A stretch of 64,000 nt of DNA from an uncultured Oscillospiraceae bacterium (lineage in GTDB: Bacteria > Bacillota > Clostridia > Oscillospirales > Oscillospiraceae). Shown here in pieces: positions 1-8,987 of the stretch (its first letter is position 1; every line of letters starts with the position of its first letter). The stretch spans positions 10,634-74,633 of the forward strand of contig CALWYY010000095.1 of the NCBI GenBank assembly GCA_944385885.1. Direction: 5' to 3'. The position numbers were made by a program, and so were the translations under genes. A model generated the notes under the pieces. The model saw only the letters and a list, made by a program, of their open reading frames with translations. It was not told where the DNA came from and ran no database searches.

Positions 1-262
1 TCCCCACATTCATGAATACCGGGGTCTGCACCGTCCCGTGGGGCGTCACATACTCTCCCCGGCGGGCCTTCCCCTCCTGTTTAAACAGCCTGTACATTCC
101 GCACCGTCCTGCCTATAATCATTTGAAATCGGTCTTACCCGCTATCCCGGGAGCGCCGATTATCAGCCCCAGCCGCCTCCCGGCAGAGCCTTAAAACAGC
201 GTGTGAGAATTCCGCCGCAGCGCGGCTTTTTCCCGCTTACCGTCCTCCGGCAGGATAAAGCC

Positions 263-1285
263 TTACATCAGAAGCATGGCGTCGCCGAAGGAGAAAAACC
301 GGTACCGTTCCCGCACGGCTTCCTCATAGGCCCGCAGCACATTCTCCCGCCCCGCCAGGGCGGATACCAGCATAATCAACGTGCTCTCCGGCAGGTGGAA
401 GTTGGTCACCAGAGCGTCCACCACCCGGAACCGGTACCCCGGATAAATAAAGATATCCGTCCAGCCGCTGCCAGCCTGGAGGATGCCATCCTCCCCGGCA
501 AAGCTCTCCAGGGTGCGGCAGGAGGTGGTGCCCACGGAGACGATCCGCCCGCCCCGGGCCCGGGTCTCGTTCACAGCCGCCGCCGTCTCCGGTGGGACAA
601 TGCAAAACTCCGCATGCATGGGGTGGTCCTCGATGTTCTCCTCCTTCACCGGGCGGAACGTGCCCAGCCCCACGTGCAGCGTCAGGTACGCCAGCTGTAC
701 GCCCCGCCCTTCGATCTCCTCCAGAAGCTCCCGGGTAAAGTGCAGGCCGGCGGTGGGTGCTGCGGCGGAGCCAAGGTCCCGGGAATACACCGTCTGGTAC
801 CGTTCCCGGTCCTGAAGCTGTGTTCGAATGTACGGAGGCAGAGGCATTTGGCCCAGCCGCTCCAGCACCTCCAGGAAAAGGCCCTGGCAGTGAAACCGGA
901 GGACCTTGTTCCCGTCTGGCCCGGCCCGAACCACCTCCGCCGTCAGTTCCCCGTCTCCAAAGCGAAGCTCCGTCCCCGGCGGAGTCTTGCGGCCCGGGCG
1001 GGTGAGACACTCCCATTCCCCGCCCCCCAGGTCCCGCAGAAGCACCACCTCTACATTCCCGCCCGTGGGGCGGGTTCCAAACAGGCGGGCAGGCAGCACC
1101 CGGGAGTCGTTCATGACAAGGCAATCCCCCGGCCGCAGCAATTGAGGCAGGTCCCGGAACATCCGGTGCTCCAGTGCTCCCGTGGCCTTGTCCAGACATA
1201 GAAGCCGGGACGCATCCCTTTTTTCCAGAGGGGTCTGTGCAATCAATTCCGGCGGAAGGTAGAAATTAAAGTCCGATTTTTTCAA
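263..1285 (-). CDS. queA: S-adenosylmethionine:tRNA ribosyltransferase-isomerase
   Basis: 340-aa ORF. N-terminus [20 protein letters not shown], internal [11 protein letters not shown] and C-terminal [10 protein letters not shown] are hallmark QueA segments. Confidence 0.93.
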   Translation of the reverse strand: MKKSDFNFYLPPELIAQTPLEKRDASRLLCLDKATGALEHRMFRDLPQLLRPGDCLVMNDSRVLPARLFGTRPTGGNVEVVLLRDLGGGEWECLTRPGRKTPPGTELRFGDGELTAEVVRAGPDGNKVLRFHCQGLFLEVLERLGQMPLPPYIRTQLQDRERYQTVYSRDLGSAAAPTAGLHFTRELLEEIEGRGVQLAYLTLHVGLGTFRPVKEENIEDHPMHAEFCIVPPETAAAVNETRARGGRIVSVGTTSCRTLESFAGEDGILQAGSGWTDIFIYPGYRFRVVDALVTNFHLPESTLIMLVSALAGRENVLRAYEEAVRERYRFFSFGDAMLLM

Positions 1286-1439
1286 TTTTTTGTTTCCCTG
1301 CTTTCCCGGGCAGATGAAAACCCGGCCGTTGTTCTCCCGGAGCGGACGGAAGCCGCCGCAGGGGCGGAAGCATAGGATACAGAGCCCCTATCCCTCCCCT
1401 GCCGCAGGCGTTTCGGCCCCGTTTGCCGGGAAGCTTCAC

Positions 1440-1468
1440 TTGACGCTTTTTTCCGGGAGTGATATGAT
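1440..1468 (+). promoter_or_regulatory. Candidate sigma-A promoter for asd-dapA
   Basis: TTGACG (1440-1445), 17-nt spacer, TATGAT (1463-1468), preceded by TGa (extended -10). Lies about 125 nt upstream of the asd ATG. Confidence 0.5.
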
Positions 1469-1592
1469 AAAAAACCAATACGCAGACGCACTGGGCGCCA
1501 TGCTGAGACATTATATATCAAGGCGGCATCCCTTTGCAAGAGATACCTTCCCCAGCATCTGAGGAAGAGACCTTTGAAAAGGAGAATATCCC

Positions 1593-2675
1593 ATGAAGAA
1601 ATGGAAAGTAGGCGTAATCGGCGGCACCGGCATGGTGGGCCAGCGGTTTGTCACCCTTCTGGCAAACCATCCTTGGTTTCAGCTGGAGGTGATTGCCGCC
1701 AGCGCCAGAAGCGCGGGGAAGACCTATGGCCAGGCGGTGGAAGGCCGCTGGTGCATGGACGAACCCGTACCGGCCGGCGCCGCCGGGCTGGTGGTCATGG
1801 ACGCGGAAAAGGACGTGGAGAAAATCGCCGCTCAGGTATCCTTTGTTTTCTGTGCCGTAGAAATGGATAAGAGCGCCACCAAAGCCCTGGAGGAACTGTA
1901 CGCCCGGGCGGAGTGCCCCGTGGTGTCCAACAACAGCGCTAACCGCTGGACGGCGGACGTGCCCATGGTGATACCGGAGATTAACCCGGAGCACCTGGAC
2001 GTCATAGAATACCAGAGAAGGCGCCTTGGTACCCGCCGTGGTTTTATCGCGGTGAAGTCCAACTGCTCTATCCAGAGCTACGTTCCCGCTCTGCATCCGC
2101 TGCGGAATGAGTTTGGCCTTTCCCGGATCCTGGCCTGCACCTATCAGGCCATTTCCGGCGCGGGCAAGACCTTTGAGACCTGGCCGGAGATGGTGGACAA
2201 TGTGATTCCCTACATTGGCGGGGAAGAGGAAAAATCCCAGGACGAACCCATGAAAGTCTGGGGCCGCGTGGAAAACGGGGGGATCGTATCCGCCGAAAAG
2301 CCGGTCATCACCGCCCAGTGTATCCGCGTACCTGTGTCCAACGGGCATATGGCGGCGGTGTACGCCAGTTTTGACAAGAAGCCTTCCAAGGAAGAGATCC
2401 TTGCCGCCTGGGCTGCCTTTCGGGGCCGGCCCCAGGAGCTTCACCTGCCCAGCGCGCCGGAGCAGTTCCTGAAGTATTACCAAGAGGATAACCGGCCCCA
2501 GACCCGCTTGGACCGCATGAACGAAGGCGGTATGCAGGTCACCATCGGCCGGCTGCGGGAAGACACAATTTTTGATTATAAATTTGTCTGTCTGTCCCAT
2601 AATACGCTTCGCGGCGCGGCAGGCGGTGCCGTCCTGCTGGCGGAGCTGCTCTGCGCGGAGGGATATATGGACTGA
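1593..2675 (+). CDS. asd: Aspartate-semialdehyde dehydrogenase
   Basis: 360 aa. Rossmann motif VGVIGGTGMVGQRF and active-site Cys context KSNCSIQ. RBS AAAAGGAG upstream of the ATG. Confidence 0.93.
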   Translation: MKKWKVGVIGGTGMVGQRFVTLLANHPWFQLEVIAASARSAGKTYGQAVEGRWCMDEPVPAGAAGLVVMDAEKDVEKIAAQVSFVFCAVEMDKSATKALEELYARAECPVVSNNSANRWTADVPMVIPEINPEHLDVIEYQRRRLGTRRGFIAVKSNCSIQSYVPALHPLRNEFGLSRILACTYQAISGAGKTFETWPEMVDNVIPYIGGEEEKSQDEPMKVWGRVENGGIVSAEKPVITAQCIRVPVSNGHMAAVYASFDKKPSKEEILAAWAAFRGRPQELHLPSAPEQFLKYYQEDNRPQTRLDRMNEGGMQVTIGRLREDTIFDYKFVCLSHNTLRGAAGGAVLLAELLCAEGYMD

Positions 2676-2702
2676 CAGCCGCCTTGTATAAGGAGGTCTT
2701 AT

Positions 2703-3590
2703 GTGAAAGTCCCTCTCTTTACCGGCTCTGCCACCGCCCTGGTGACCCCCTTTGGGGAGAACGGTATCGATTACGGAAAAACCGCCCGGCTGATTGATTG
2801 GCAGGCGGAAAGTGGAACCTCCGCCTTGGTTGTCTGCGGCACCACGGGCGAGGCCGCTACACTGACGGAGCAGGAACATGATGCACTGGTGGAATTCTGT
2901 GTCCGGCACACCGCCGGGCGAATGAAGATCATTGCCGGCATTGGTTCCAACAACACCCTGGCCGCCTGCCGCGCGGCAGAAAAAGCCGCGGCAGCGGGGG
3001 CGGACGGCACGCTTTTGACTACGCCCTACTACAACAAAGCCAATCGGGCCGGTCTCGCCCAGCATTTTCTCCAGGCAGCGGAGGCCTCTCCTCTGCCGCT
3101 GATTGTTTACAATGTGCCAAGCCGCACGTCCGTCAGCTGCACAGCGGAGCTGTACGCAGAGCTGGCCGCCCACCCGCGCATCAACGGGGTCAAGGAAGCG
3201 TCCGGAGACCTGTCTCTGGTCTCCCGCACCCGGCGGCTGTGCGGAGATGAACTGAACATCTGGTGCGGCAACGACGACCAAACCCTGCCCATGATGGCCC
3301 TGGGGGCCCTTGGAGTTATTTCCGTGGCCTCCAACGTGATCCCCGGCCCTATGTCGGAGCTGTGCGACGCCTGTCTGCAGGGGGATTTTGCCCAGGCCAG
3401 GCGCATCCACAGCCAGTACGCCGAGCTGTTTGAGGCACTGTTCTGGGAAGTCAACCCCATCCCGGTGAAAACCGCCATGAATCTCATGGGGGTGGATGTG
3501 GGCAGCCTTCGGCTCCCTCTGTGCGAGATGTCTCCTTCGGGCACGCAGGCCCTGTATGCCTGCTTGAAAAAACTGAAGCTGGCGGCCTGA
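2703..3590 (+). CDS. dapA: 4-hydroxy-tetrahydrodipicolinate synthase
   Basis: 295 aa. GTG start 6 nt after AAGGAGG. ALVTPF, VVCGTTGEA and the Schiff-base Lys context INGVKEASGD are typical of DapA. Confidence 0.93.
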   Translation: MKVPLFTGSATALVTPFGENGIDYGKTARLIDWQAESGTSALVVCGTTGEAATLTEQEHDALVEFCVRHTAGRMKIIAGIGSNNTLAACRAAEKAAAAGADGTLLTTPYYNKANRAGLAQHFLQAAEASPLPLIVYNVPSRTSVSCTAELYAELAAHPRINGVKEASGDLSLVSRTRRLCGDELNIWCGNDDQTLPMMALGALGVISVASNVIPGPMSELCDACLQGDFAQARRIHSQYAELFEALFWEVNPIPVKTAMNLMGVDVGSLRLPLCEMSPSGTQALYACLKKLKLAA

Positions 3591-3612
3591 GGCCGCTGAA
3601 AGGGTGAAACCA

Positions 3613-5046
3613 ATGAAACGAGTCCTGCCGCTGCTTTTGATTGCCTGTCTCCTTGCCGGCCTGCGCGTCGCGGCGGCGGAAGGCGCTCCAGAGGACGCCG
3701 CCGGGTCCCTGGCCACATCCCAGTACGCCCCGGCGGCCTCCTACAGCCAGCTGCAGTGGCTGTTCTCCGATGCCCAAGCCCAGGCCGGATCCTCCCTGGC
3801 CACCCGGGGGAGCCTCGCCGGGATCCTTTGGCTTTACAGCGGTGAGGACGTGGAGGACGTTATCGGCACCGGCCGCCCCCTTCGGGCCGGCGTGGCCCTT
3901 ATGGCGGAACCGGACGAGAATAGCGCCGTCCTTCGCCGCCTGGGGAAAAGCAATTTTCTCACCGTCACCGGTCTGGCGGATGGCTGGTACGCTGTATCCA
4001 CCGACGCCCTGACAGGATATATTTCCCAGGACAGCGCCCGGATCTACTGCCAAGGCCTGGAGGACGTGCCCTATGGCGCCTGGTACGCTCAGGGAGCCCT
4101 CTGGGCCGCCGGCGCAGATATCATTCCGGCGGAAAGCGGGGCGTTTTCCCCTGAACAGCCGCTAACCCGGGAGGAGCTGTGCCTGATCCTCTATCGGTAT
4201 ATGCAATACCTGGACCAGACGCTCCCGGAGATCAATGATACGTACTATTTCATCGACGAGGCGGACTTCACACCCCAGGGCCGGACCGCTGCCGGCGTCC
4301 TGCAAAAGGCCGGGATCTTGTGTGAATTCAGCGACGGCAGCTTTCGCCCCGGCGCCACCGTCTCTCTCAGCGAGGCCGAGGGAATTCTGCTGCGGTTTTT
4401 TGAGAATTTGCAGGCGCCATTTTCGTTCCGGAGCGTCCCTGTCTCCACCGTGGACGAAAGTCAGCCGGTGGATGACTCCTGGTTTGACGACGCCTGTTTT
4501 ATCGGCCACTCCCAGGTAGTGGGGATGGCAAAATATTTTGGGCTGGAGCAGGCAGATTTTTATGCCGTCGTGGGGTTCAACGTGCAAAACATTCTGGATT
4601 TTGAGTACTTTGAGCGCCCCACGGGCCGGATGGGTACCCTGGAAGAGGCCCTGGGCGATGAGTCCTACGAGAAGGTTTACATAATGCTTGGGATCAATGA
4701 CTGTTCCACCCGGGAGGACCGGATTGAGACTTTTCTGGCATCCATGCGGGAGCTGCTGGATCTGGTAAAGGAGCAGCAGCCGAAGGCAAAGGTCTACCTG
4801 CTCTCCTTGGCTCCGGTCGGGCGGGAAACCCCCAACAATCTATGCTACAATCTGGATAATGTGATCTTATACTCCCAGGCGGTGAAGCTTCTCTCCAGGG
4901 AGTATGGTGCGGAGTATCTGGATGTATTTCGCCTTATGGCGGATGGTGAAGGATACCTTCTGGGAGAGTATGACGCCGGGGACGGCATCCATATCCAAGC
5001 GGCCCGGTATGAGAACATTTTGGAGTTCCTGCGATGCCACATTTGA
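3613..5046 (+). CDS. Secreted SH3b / SLH-like / SGNH (GDSL-type) hydrolase family protein
   Basis: Signal peptide MKRVLPLLLIACLLAGLRVAAA. SH3b-like segment (GWYAVSTDALTGYISQ). Two SLH-like repeats (FSPEQPLTREELCLILYRY, FRPGATVSLSEAEGILLRF). C-terminal SGNH blocks (FIGHSQV, MLGINDC, GDGIHI). An in-frame GTG at 3604 is an alternative start. Confidence 0.6.
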   Translation: MKRVLPLLLIACLLAGLRVAAAEGAPEDAAGSLATSQYAPAASYSQLQWLFSDAQAQAGSSLATRGSLAGILWLYSGEDVEDVIGTGRPLRAGVALMAEPDENSAVLRRLGKSNFLTVTGLADGWYAVSTDALTGYISQDSARIYCQGLEDVPYGAWYAQGALWAAGADIIPAESGAFSPEQPLTREELCLILYRYMQYLDQTLPEINDTYYFIDEADFTPQGRTAAGVLQKAGILCEFSDGSFRPGATVSLSEAEGILLRFFENLQAPFSFRSVPVSTVDESQPVDDSWFDDACFIGHSQVVGMAKYFGLEQADFYAVVGFNVQNILDFEYFERPTGRMGTLEEALGDESYEKVYIMLGINDCSTREDRIETFLASMRELLDLVKEQQPKAKVYLLSLAPVGRETPNNLCYNLDNVILYSQAVKLLSREYGAEYLDVFRLMADGEGYLLGEYDAGDGIHIQAARYENILEFLRCHI

Positions 5047-5564
5047 TCCCTCCCCTCTCCTTCTACGCCCGGGATTGTCTGGAGGTGGCTCCGGAGCTGG
5101 TGGGAAAGCTCCTATGCCGCCGCCTGCCGGACGGTCAGGTACGCCGGCTGCGGATCCTGGAAACAGAAGCATACCGGGGCCAGGAGGACACTGCCTGCCA
5201 TGCCCACCGGGGCCGGACCAGGCGGACGGAGGTCCTGTACGCGGCTCCTGGTACTTTGTACGTGTATCTTTGTTACGGGATCCACTGGCTTTTGAACATT
5301 GTAACTGGCCGGGAGGAGGAGCCGCAGGCTGTACTGATCCGCTCCTGCCAGGGGGCTGAGGGGCCGGGGAGGCTCACGCGGGCGCTGGAGATAGGCGGGG
5401 AGTTTAATCGCCGCAGCATTCTCACCTGCGACGAGCTATGGCTGGAGGATGACGGGGTTTCCTATGGGGTCCGGCCAGCGACCCGGGTGGGAATCGGCTA
5501 CGCCGCCCCGGAGGACCAGGCCAGGCTTTGGCGATTTGTCGCTGCGCCGAGGGATACCAGGTAG
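5034..5564 (+). CDS. mpg: DNA-3-methyladenine glycosylase (AAG/Mpg family)
   Basis: 176 aa. FYARDCLEVAPELVGKLL, ILETEAYRG and DTACHAHRGRT match the Mpg family. Overlaps the upstream ORF by 13 nt. Confidence 0.88.
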   Translation: MPHLIPPLSFYARDCLEVAPELVGKLLCRRLPDGQVRRLRILETEAYRGQEDTACHAHRGRTRRTEVLYAAPGTLYVYLCYGIHWLLNIVTGREEEPQAVLIRSCQGAEGPGRLTRALEIGGEFNRRSILTCDELWLEDDGVSYGVRPATRVGIGYAAPEDQARLWRFVAAPRDTR

Positions 5565-5582
5565 TGCATAGGGGTGCAGTAG

Positions 5583-5622
5583 AGGACAGGCGAGAGCTTC
5601 AGCTCCCGCCTGTCCTATTTTT
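5583..5622 (+). terminator. Rho-independent terminator after mpg
   Basis: 15-bp stem aggacaggcgagagc / gctcccgcctgtcct with one mismatch, loop ttca, then a T-run. Confidence 0.6.
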
Positions 5623-5649
5623 CCCTCTGGTGTTTCCCCGCCCGTGCGC

Positions 5650-6204
5650 CTATGCGTTATCCGGCGCAGCCATGGCCTCTAACGTCATCTGAAACAGCTC
5701 GTCAAGCTCCACGCCCATAAGTTCAGCGCCTTTCCGGATCACATCACGGCTGCAGCCAGCGGCAAATTTCTTGTCCTTAAATTTTTTCGACAGGGATTTG
5801 ACCTCCATCCCCTCCAGGCCCGTGGGGCGCATCCGCGCCGCCGCGCCAATCAGTCCGGTAAGCTCGTCCACCGCAAAGAGCACCTTTTCCATGTACAGCT
5901 CCGGCTCCACCTCCGAGCAGATTCCCCACCCGTGGCAGGCCACCCCATGGATCAGCCCCTCGTCCATATCCAGCGCCCGGAGCATTTCTACCGCCTTGAC
6001 GCAATGCTCCTGAGGGTAGAGCTCAAAGTCAATGTCGTGAAGCATTCCCACGCTGCGCCAGAAATCCACCCGCTCCGGGTCATAGCGCCCCGCCAGGATG
6101 CCCATAACCTTGGACACCGTCCGGGCATGTTCCAGGTGAAACGGTTCCTTGTTATACTCCCGTAGGATTTCGTAGGCCTCCTCCGGCGTCGGTATACGGC
6201 TCAT
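5650..6204 (-). CDS. HD/HDIG-domain phosphohydrolase family protein
   Basis: 184 aa. Contains an HD dyad (GMLHDIDF) and downstream His residues (HGVACHGWG), typical of small HD-domain proteins. Confidence 0.75.
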   Translation of the reverse strand: MSRIPTPEEAYEILREYNKEPFHLEHARTVSKVMGILAGRYDPERVDFWRSVGMLHDIDFELYPQEHCVKAVEMLRALDMDEGLIHGVACHGWGICSEVEPELYMEKVLFAVDELTGLIGAAARMRPTGLEGMEVKSLSKKFKDKKFAAGCSRDVIRKGAELMGVELDELFQMTLEAMAAPDNA

Positions 6205-6299
6205 ACCTTTTGTTTCCCTTCCGGGCCCTCCGGCCCTATGTTTTCTGCTTTCACCGGCCGGCGGGCAAGATTTCCGGGTGCTCAGCCAGCCGGTTTACC

Positions 6300-7031
6300 T
6301 TAACCGTTTTCCCAGTTGTGCCAGACGTTCTGCACGTCGTCATTGTCCTCAAACATCTCCAGCATCTTGCTCATATTTTTAATATCCCCCTCGTCGGTGA
6401 GGGTGATGTAGTTCTGCGGGACCATCTCCACCTGGGCGGACAGGAGCCGGTATTTTCCGGAAAGAGCCTCAGATACAGCGGCCACGTCGTCTGGCTGGGT
6501 GTATACGGTAAAGATCGCTCCGTCTGGTTCAAAATCCTCGGCGCCGGCGTCCAGAGCCGCCTCCATCACCTCGTCCTCGTTCAGGTCCTCGTCCTCGTTG
6601 TCGATCACAATGACGCCCTTCCGGTCAAAGCTCCAGGACACGCAGCCGGCCGCTCCCATATTCCCGCCGTATTTATCAAAGTAATGCCGCACATCGGAGG
6701 CAGTGCGCTTACGGTTATCGGTCATGGCGTCCACAATCACCGCCACGCCCGCCGGGCCGTATCCCTCGTAGGTAACGCTTTCAGAGTTTTCCGTGCTGCC
6801 GCTGCCCAGGGCCTTTTCAATGGTGCGCTTTATGTTGTCGTTGGGCATATTGGCGGCCTTTGCCTTGGCAACCACAGCGGCCAGACGAGAATTGTTGGCA
6901 GGGTCCCCGCTCCCTCCCTCTTTTACAGCCACGATCATCTCCCGGGCAATTTTGGTAAAAGCCTGGGCACGTTTGGCGTCCTGGGCGCCTTTTGTTTTTT
7001 GAATATTATGCCATTTGGAATGTCCCGACAT
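6300..7031 (-). CDS. yebC: YebC/PmpR family DNA-binding transcriptional regulator
   Basis: Canonical N-terminus MSGHSKWHNIQKTKG starts at the internal Met (7031). The ORF-track start at 7094 adds 21 non-conserved residues. Confidence 0.92.
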   Translation of the reverse strand: MSGHSKWHNIQKTKGAQDAKRAQAFTKIAREMIVAVKEGGSGDPANNSRLAAVVAKAKAANMPNDNIKRTIEKALGSGSTENSESVTYEGYGPAGVAVIVDAMTDNRKRTASDVRHYFDKYGGNMGAAGCVSWSFDRKGVIVIDNEDEDLNEDEVMEAALDAGAEDFEPDGAIFTVYTQPDDVAAVSEALSGKYRLLSAQVEMVPQNYITLTDEGDIKNMSKMLEMFEDNDDVQNVWHNWENG

Positions 7032-7104
7032 AAAAAAATTCCCCCAAACAAATGCGTTTGGGGAAATTATACCACGCTTTTTATCCTCTGACAAGAGGCG
7101 GCGC

Positions 7105-8607
7105 CTATCGTGCCCGGGGGATCAGCAGCAGGCCGCCGGAGAAGGAGGCGCCAGGATTGGCCGCCTCAATGAGGGCAGGAGTGGAACAGTATTTTTTGGC
7201 CAGAGTCCACACGCTGTTCCCGCCTCCCCGTACCACAACAAGGGATGGCGCACCGCTTCCCACGGCGGGGGTGTCCGTGTCCAACTCTACGGAGCGAACG
7301 AAATTCAGCTTCTCCATGTCGCAGATAGTGACACGCACCTCCAACGGCAGGCGCAGCTCCAGTCCGCCCGCCGCCGCAGACAGGTACGGGTCATGGCAGA
7401 CGGCCTCTCCCATCTCACAGACGGCGGAGTCCGGCATGTCAAAAGGCAGTTCCATGTTCAGCCGCCGGACGGCGCAGGAGGCAGCGCCCCGGTCTGTCAT
7501 GTACATGGCATGGACGCACACGGGCACCCTCACGCACCCGTCCTCCCGTACAGGCGTGCCCACGTCGGCGTAGCAGGCCACCGGTTCTCCCACTGCCTCC
7601 GGGGTTTCCAGCAGTTCCCGGGCGGTCTCCCGCAGTGTAACGTTGCGGCAGGCGCTGACCATTCCGGTGGGAACGGTCTCCACCGTGCACGCCCAGCGGG
7701 TACTGTACGCATCCGCCATGTAGCGAATTTCCCGCTGACCCCGGCACACGCTTTGGGCGGTTAGGTGCATCTCCAGGCTGACGGAGTTTGCGCCGTATGC
7801 GCCAGGGAGCGGTTCCACATAGCAGGAAGTCTGCATTAGGGTGACGCTCTGAAATCCGCCCTGTTCCGCCGGGGCGTCCAGGATCTGGGAAAAGCCGGTA
7901 GTAAACGTTTCCCGGATGGGAGCGCCGCCTTCCCCCGCCGCATACAAAATTTCCAGCCAGGCCGTGCCCTGGAGAATGACTTTTTCCCCAACTTGCTTTG
8001 TGTCCTCCACGGCCGCCCCGGCCCGGTACCGGAGCAGGCAGGACAGCGCCGGCCGGGCCGGCGGGATGGAAAACTCCTCAGCAATCACAAAGGTCTTTTC
8101 CTGCACAGACGAGACGTAGTGGATGGTCTTTTCCAAGGCCAGCATTTGCAGAGGCTCCCCCTCCTCCGGCTGTACGGAATATTCCAGGCCGTCCCGCCGG
8201 TATACGGATACGCTCCCTGTCACATCCGCCCTCAGCAGCAGCTTGCGGGGATTGAGAAGACGGACATCCGCTGTATTAATGTGCAGGAGGGCTACCAGGA
8301 AGTCATCCTCCTCTAACCCGTCCCCGTCGAAGGAAAAAGAACAGCCGGTGGCCATATCCAGCCGGTACAGGGTTTCGTCTCCTTCCGCCAGGTACAGCAC
8401 GGTGGCCTGGATATTGCCCTCCACAAGTATCTTTGCGTCCTGAATGGTTTTGCTGCGCAGGTAAATAGCCGTGCTGGTGTCCACCACCCGGGCCACGTCC
8501 GGCATGGTATCCGGCACTACGGATTCCGCCGTTTCCTCCCGGTTCTGGGTTCCTGTATATACGAGACAGCAGCAGTCAATGTGTTCCCGTTTCAATTTTG
8601 CTTCCAT
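7105..8607 (-). CDS. DUF3794-type protein with C-terminal LysM domain (SipL-like spore coat morphogenesis protein)
   Basis: 500 aa. N-terminal repeats resemble DUF3794 (VPDTMPDVARVVD..., ILVEGNIQATVLY). C-terminal LysM (VWTLAKKYCSTPALIEAANPG...LLLIPR). Architecture matches clostridial SipL. Confidence 0.6.
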   Translation of the reverse strand: MEAKLKREHIDCCCLVYTGTQNREETAESVVPDTMPDVARVVDTSTAIYLRSKTIQDAKILVEGNIQATVLYLAEGDETLYRLDMATGCSFSFDGDGLEEDDFLVALLHINTADVRLLNPRKLLLRADVTGSVSVYRRDGLEYSVQPEEGEPLQMLALEKTIHYVSSVQEKTFVIAEEFSIPPARPALSCLLRYRAGAAVEDTKQVGEKVILQGTAWLEILYAAGEGGAPIRETFTTGFSQILDAPAEQGGFQSVTLMQTSCYVEPLPGAYGANSVSLEMHLTAQSVCRGQREIRYMADAYSTRWACTVETVPTGMVSACRNVTLRETARELLETPEAVGEPVACYADVGTPVREDGCVRVPVCVHAMYMTDRGAASCAVRRLNMELPFDMPDSAVCEMGEAVCHDPYLSAAAGGLELRLPLEVRVTICDMEKLNFVRSVELDTDTPAVGSGAPSLVVVRGGGNSVWTLAKKYCSTPALIEAANPGASFSGGLLLIPRAR

Positions 8608-8637
8608 GACATTCCTCTCCTTGCCGTGTTTTCTCTA

Positions 8638-8670
8638 TACAGTATGAGGAATGTCCCGGCGATATGTCAC
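8638..8670 (-). promoter_or_regulatory. Candidate mother-cell (sigma-E/sigma-K type) sporulation promoter
   Basis: Minus-strand reading is GTGACATATC-N15-CATACTGTA. CATA-N3-TA resembles the mother-cell sigma -10 element. Located about 30 nt upstream of the SipL-like start. Confidence 0.3.
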
Positions 8671-8757
8671 ACTCCGCCGGACCCCATGAGCCAGCGACGG
8701 AGAAATCCGGGAAGCCGGATAAATATAACCCTCATGACTCCTCCTTTCCCCCAACAG

Positions 8758-8913
8758 CTACCAGCGTTTGAGACATAAGCCGCAGGCAATCAGGCAAACG
8801 CCCAGCATAAACCACCAAAAACCTGCCGGCAGTATCATGGACAGCAGCACAATGATCCCGGCTGTGATGGTCACCCACGCGAAAAGATTCCTGCGCCTGC
8901 AAGGCCTTCGCAT
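8758..8913 (-). CDS. Hypothetical 51-aa membrane peptide (below the ORF-track cutoff)
   Basis: My own translation: MRRPCRRRNLFAWVTITAGIIVLLSMILPAGFWWFMLGVCLIACGLCLKRW. Basic N-terminus followed by two hydrophobic helices. AGGGGG lies 7 nt upstream of the ATG. No homology evidence is available. Confidence 0.3.
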   Translation of the reverse strand: MRRPCRRRNLFAWVTITAGIIVLLSMILPAGFWWFMLGVCLIACGLCLKRW

Positions 8914-8915
8914 AT

Positions 8916-8966
8916 AAAAACCCCCTGCCTGCGGAATGTATCCGGTACATTCTACGCGTCAGGGGG
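8916..8966 (-). terminator. Rho-independent terminator after rsgA
   Basis: Outer stem ccccctg/caggggg enclosing inner stem gaatgta/tacattc, followed on the minus strand by TTTTT. Confidence 0.55.
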
Positions 8967-8987
8967 GCTTCTGTGACTGTCCTATGG

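Noticed and set aside
203-1201. 332-aa plus-strand and 291-aa minus-strand ORFs overlapping queA
   Set aside because: Alternative frames of queA. Only the 263-1285 frame carries QueA motifs.
1469-1592. Possible lysine (L-box) riboswitch in the asd-dapA leader
   Set aside because: asd and dapA are often L-box regulated in Firmicutes. However, the 120-nt leader is too short, and I could not find the conserved core elements (AGAGGCGC, GAGUA, CUGUCA-type segments).
1518-3716. 732-aa minus-strand ORF spanning asd and dapA
   Set aside because: It lies antisense to two plus-strand genes with unmistakable family motifs. The translation is Arg/Gly/Ala/Pro-rich with no recognisable domain, a typical open antisense frame in high-GC DNA.
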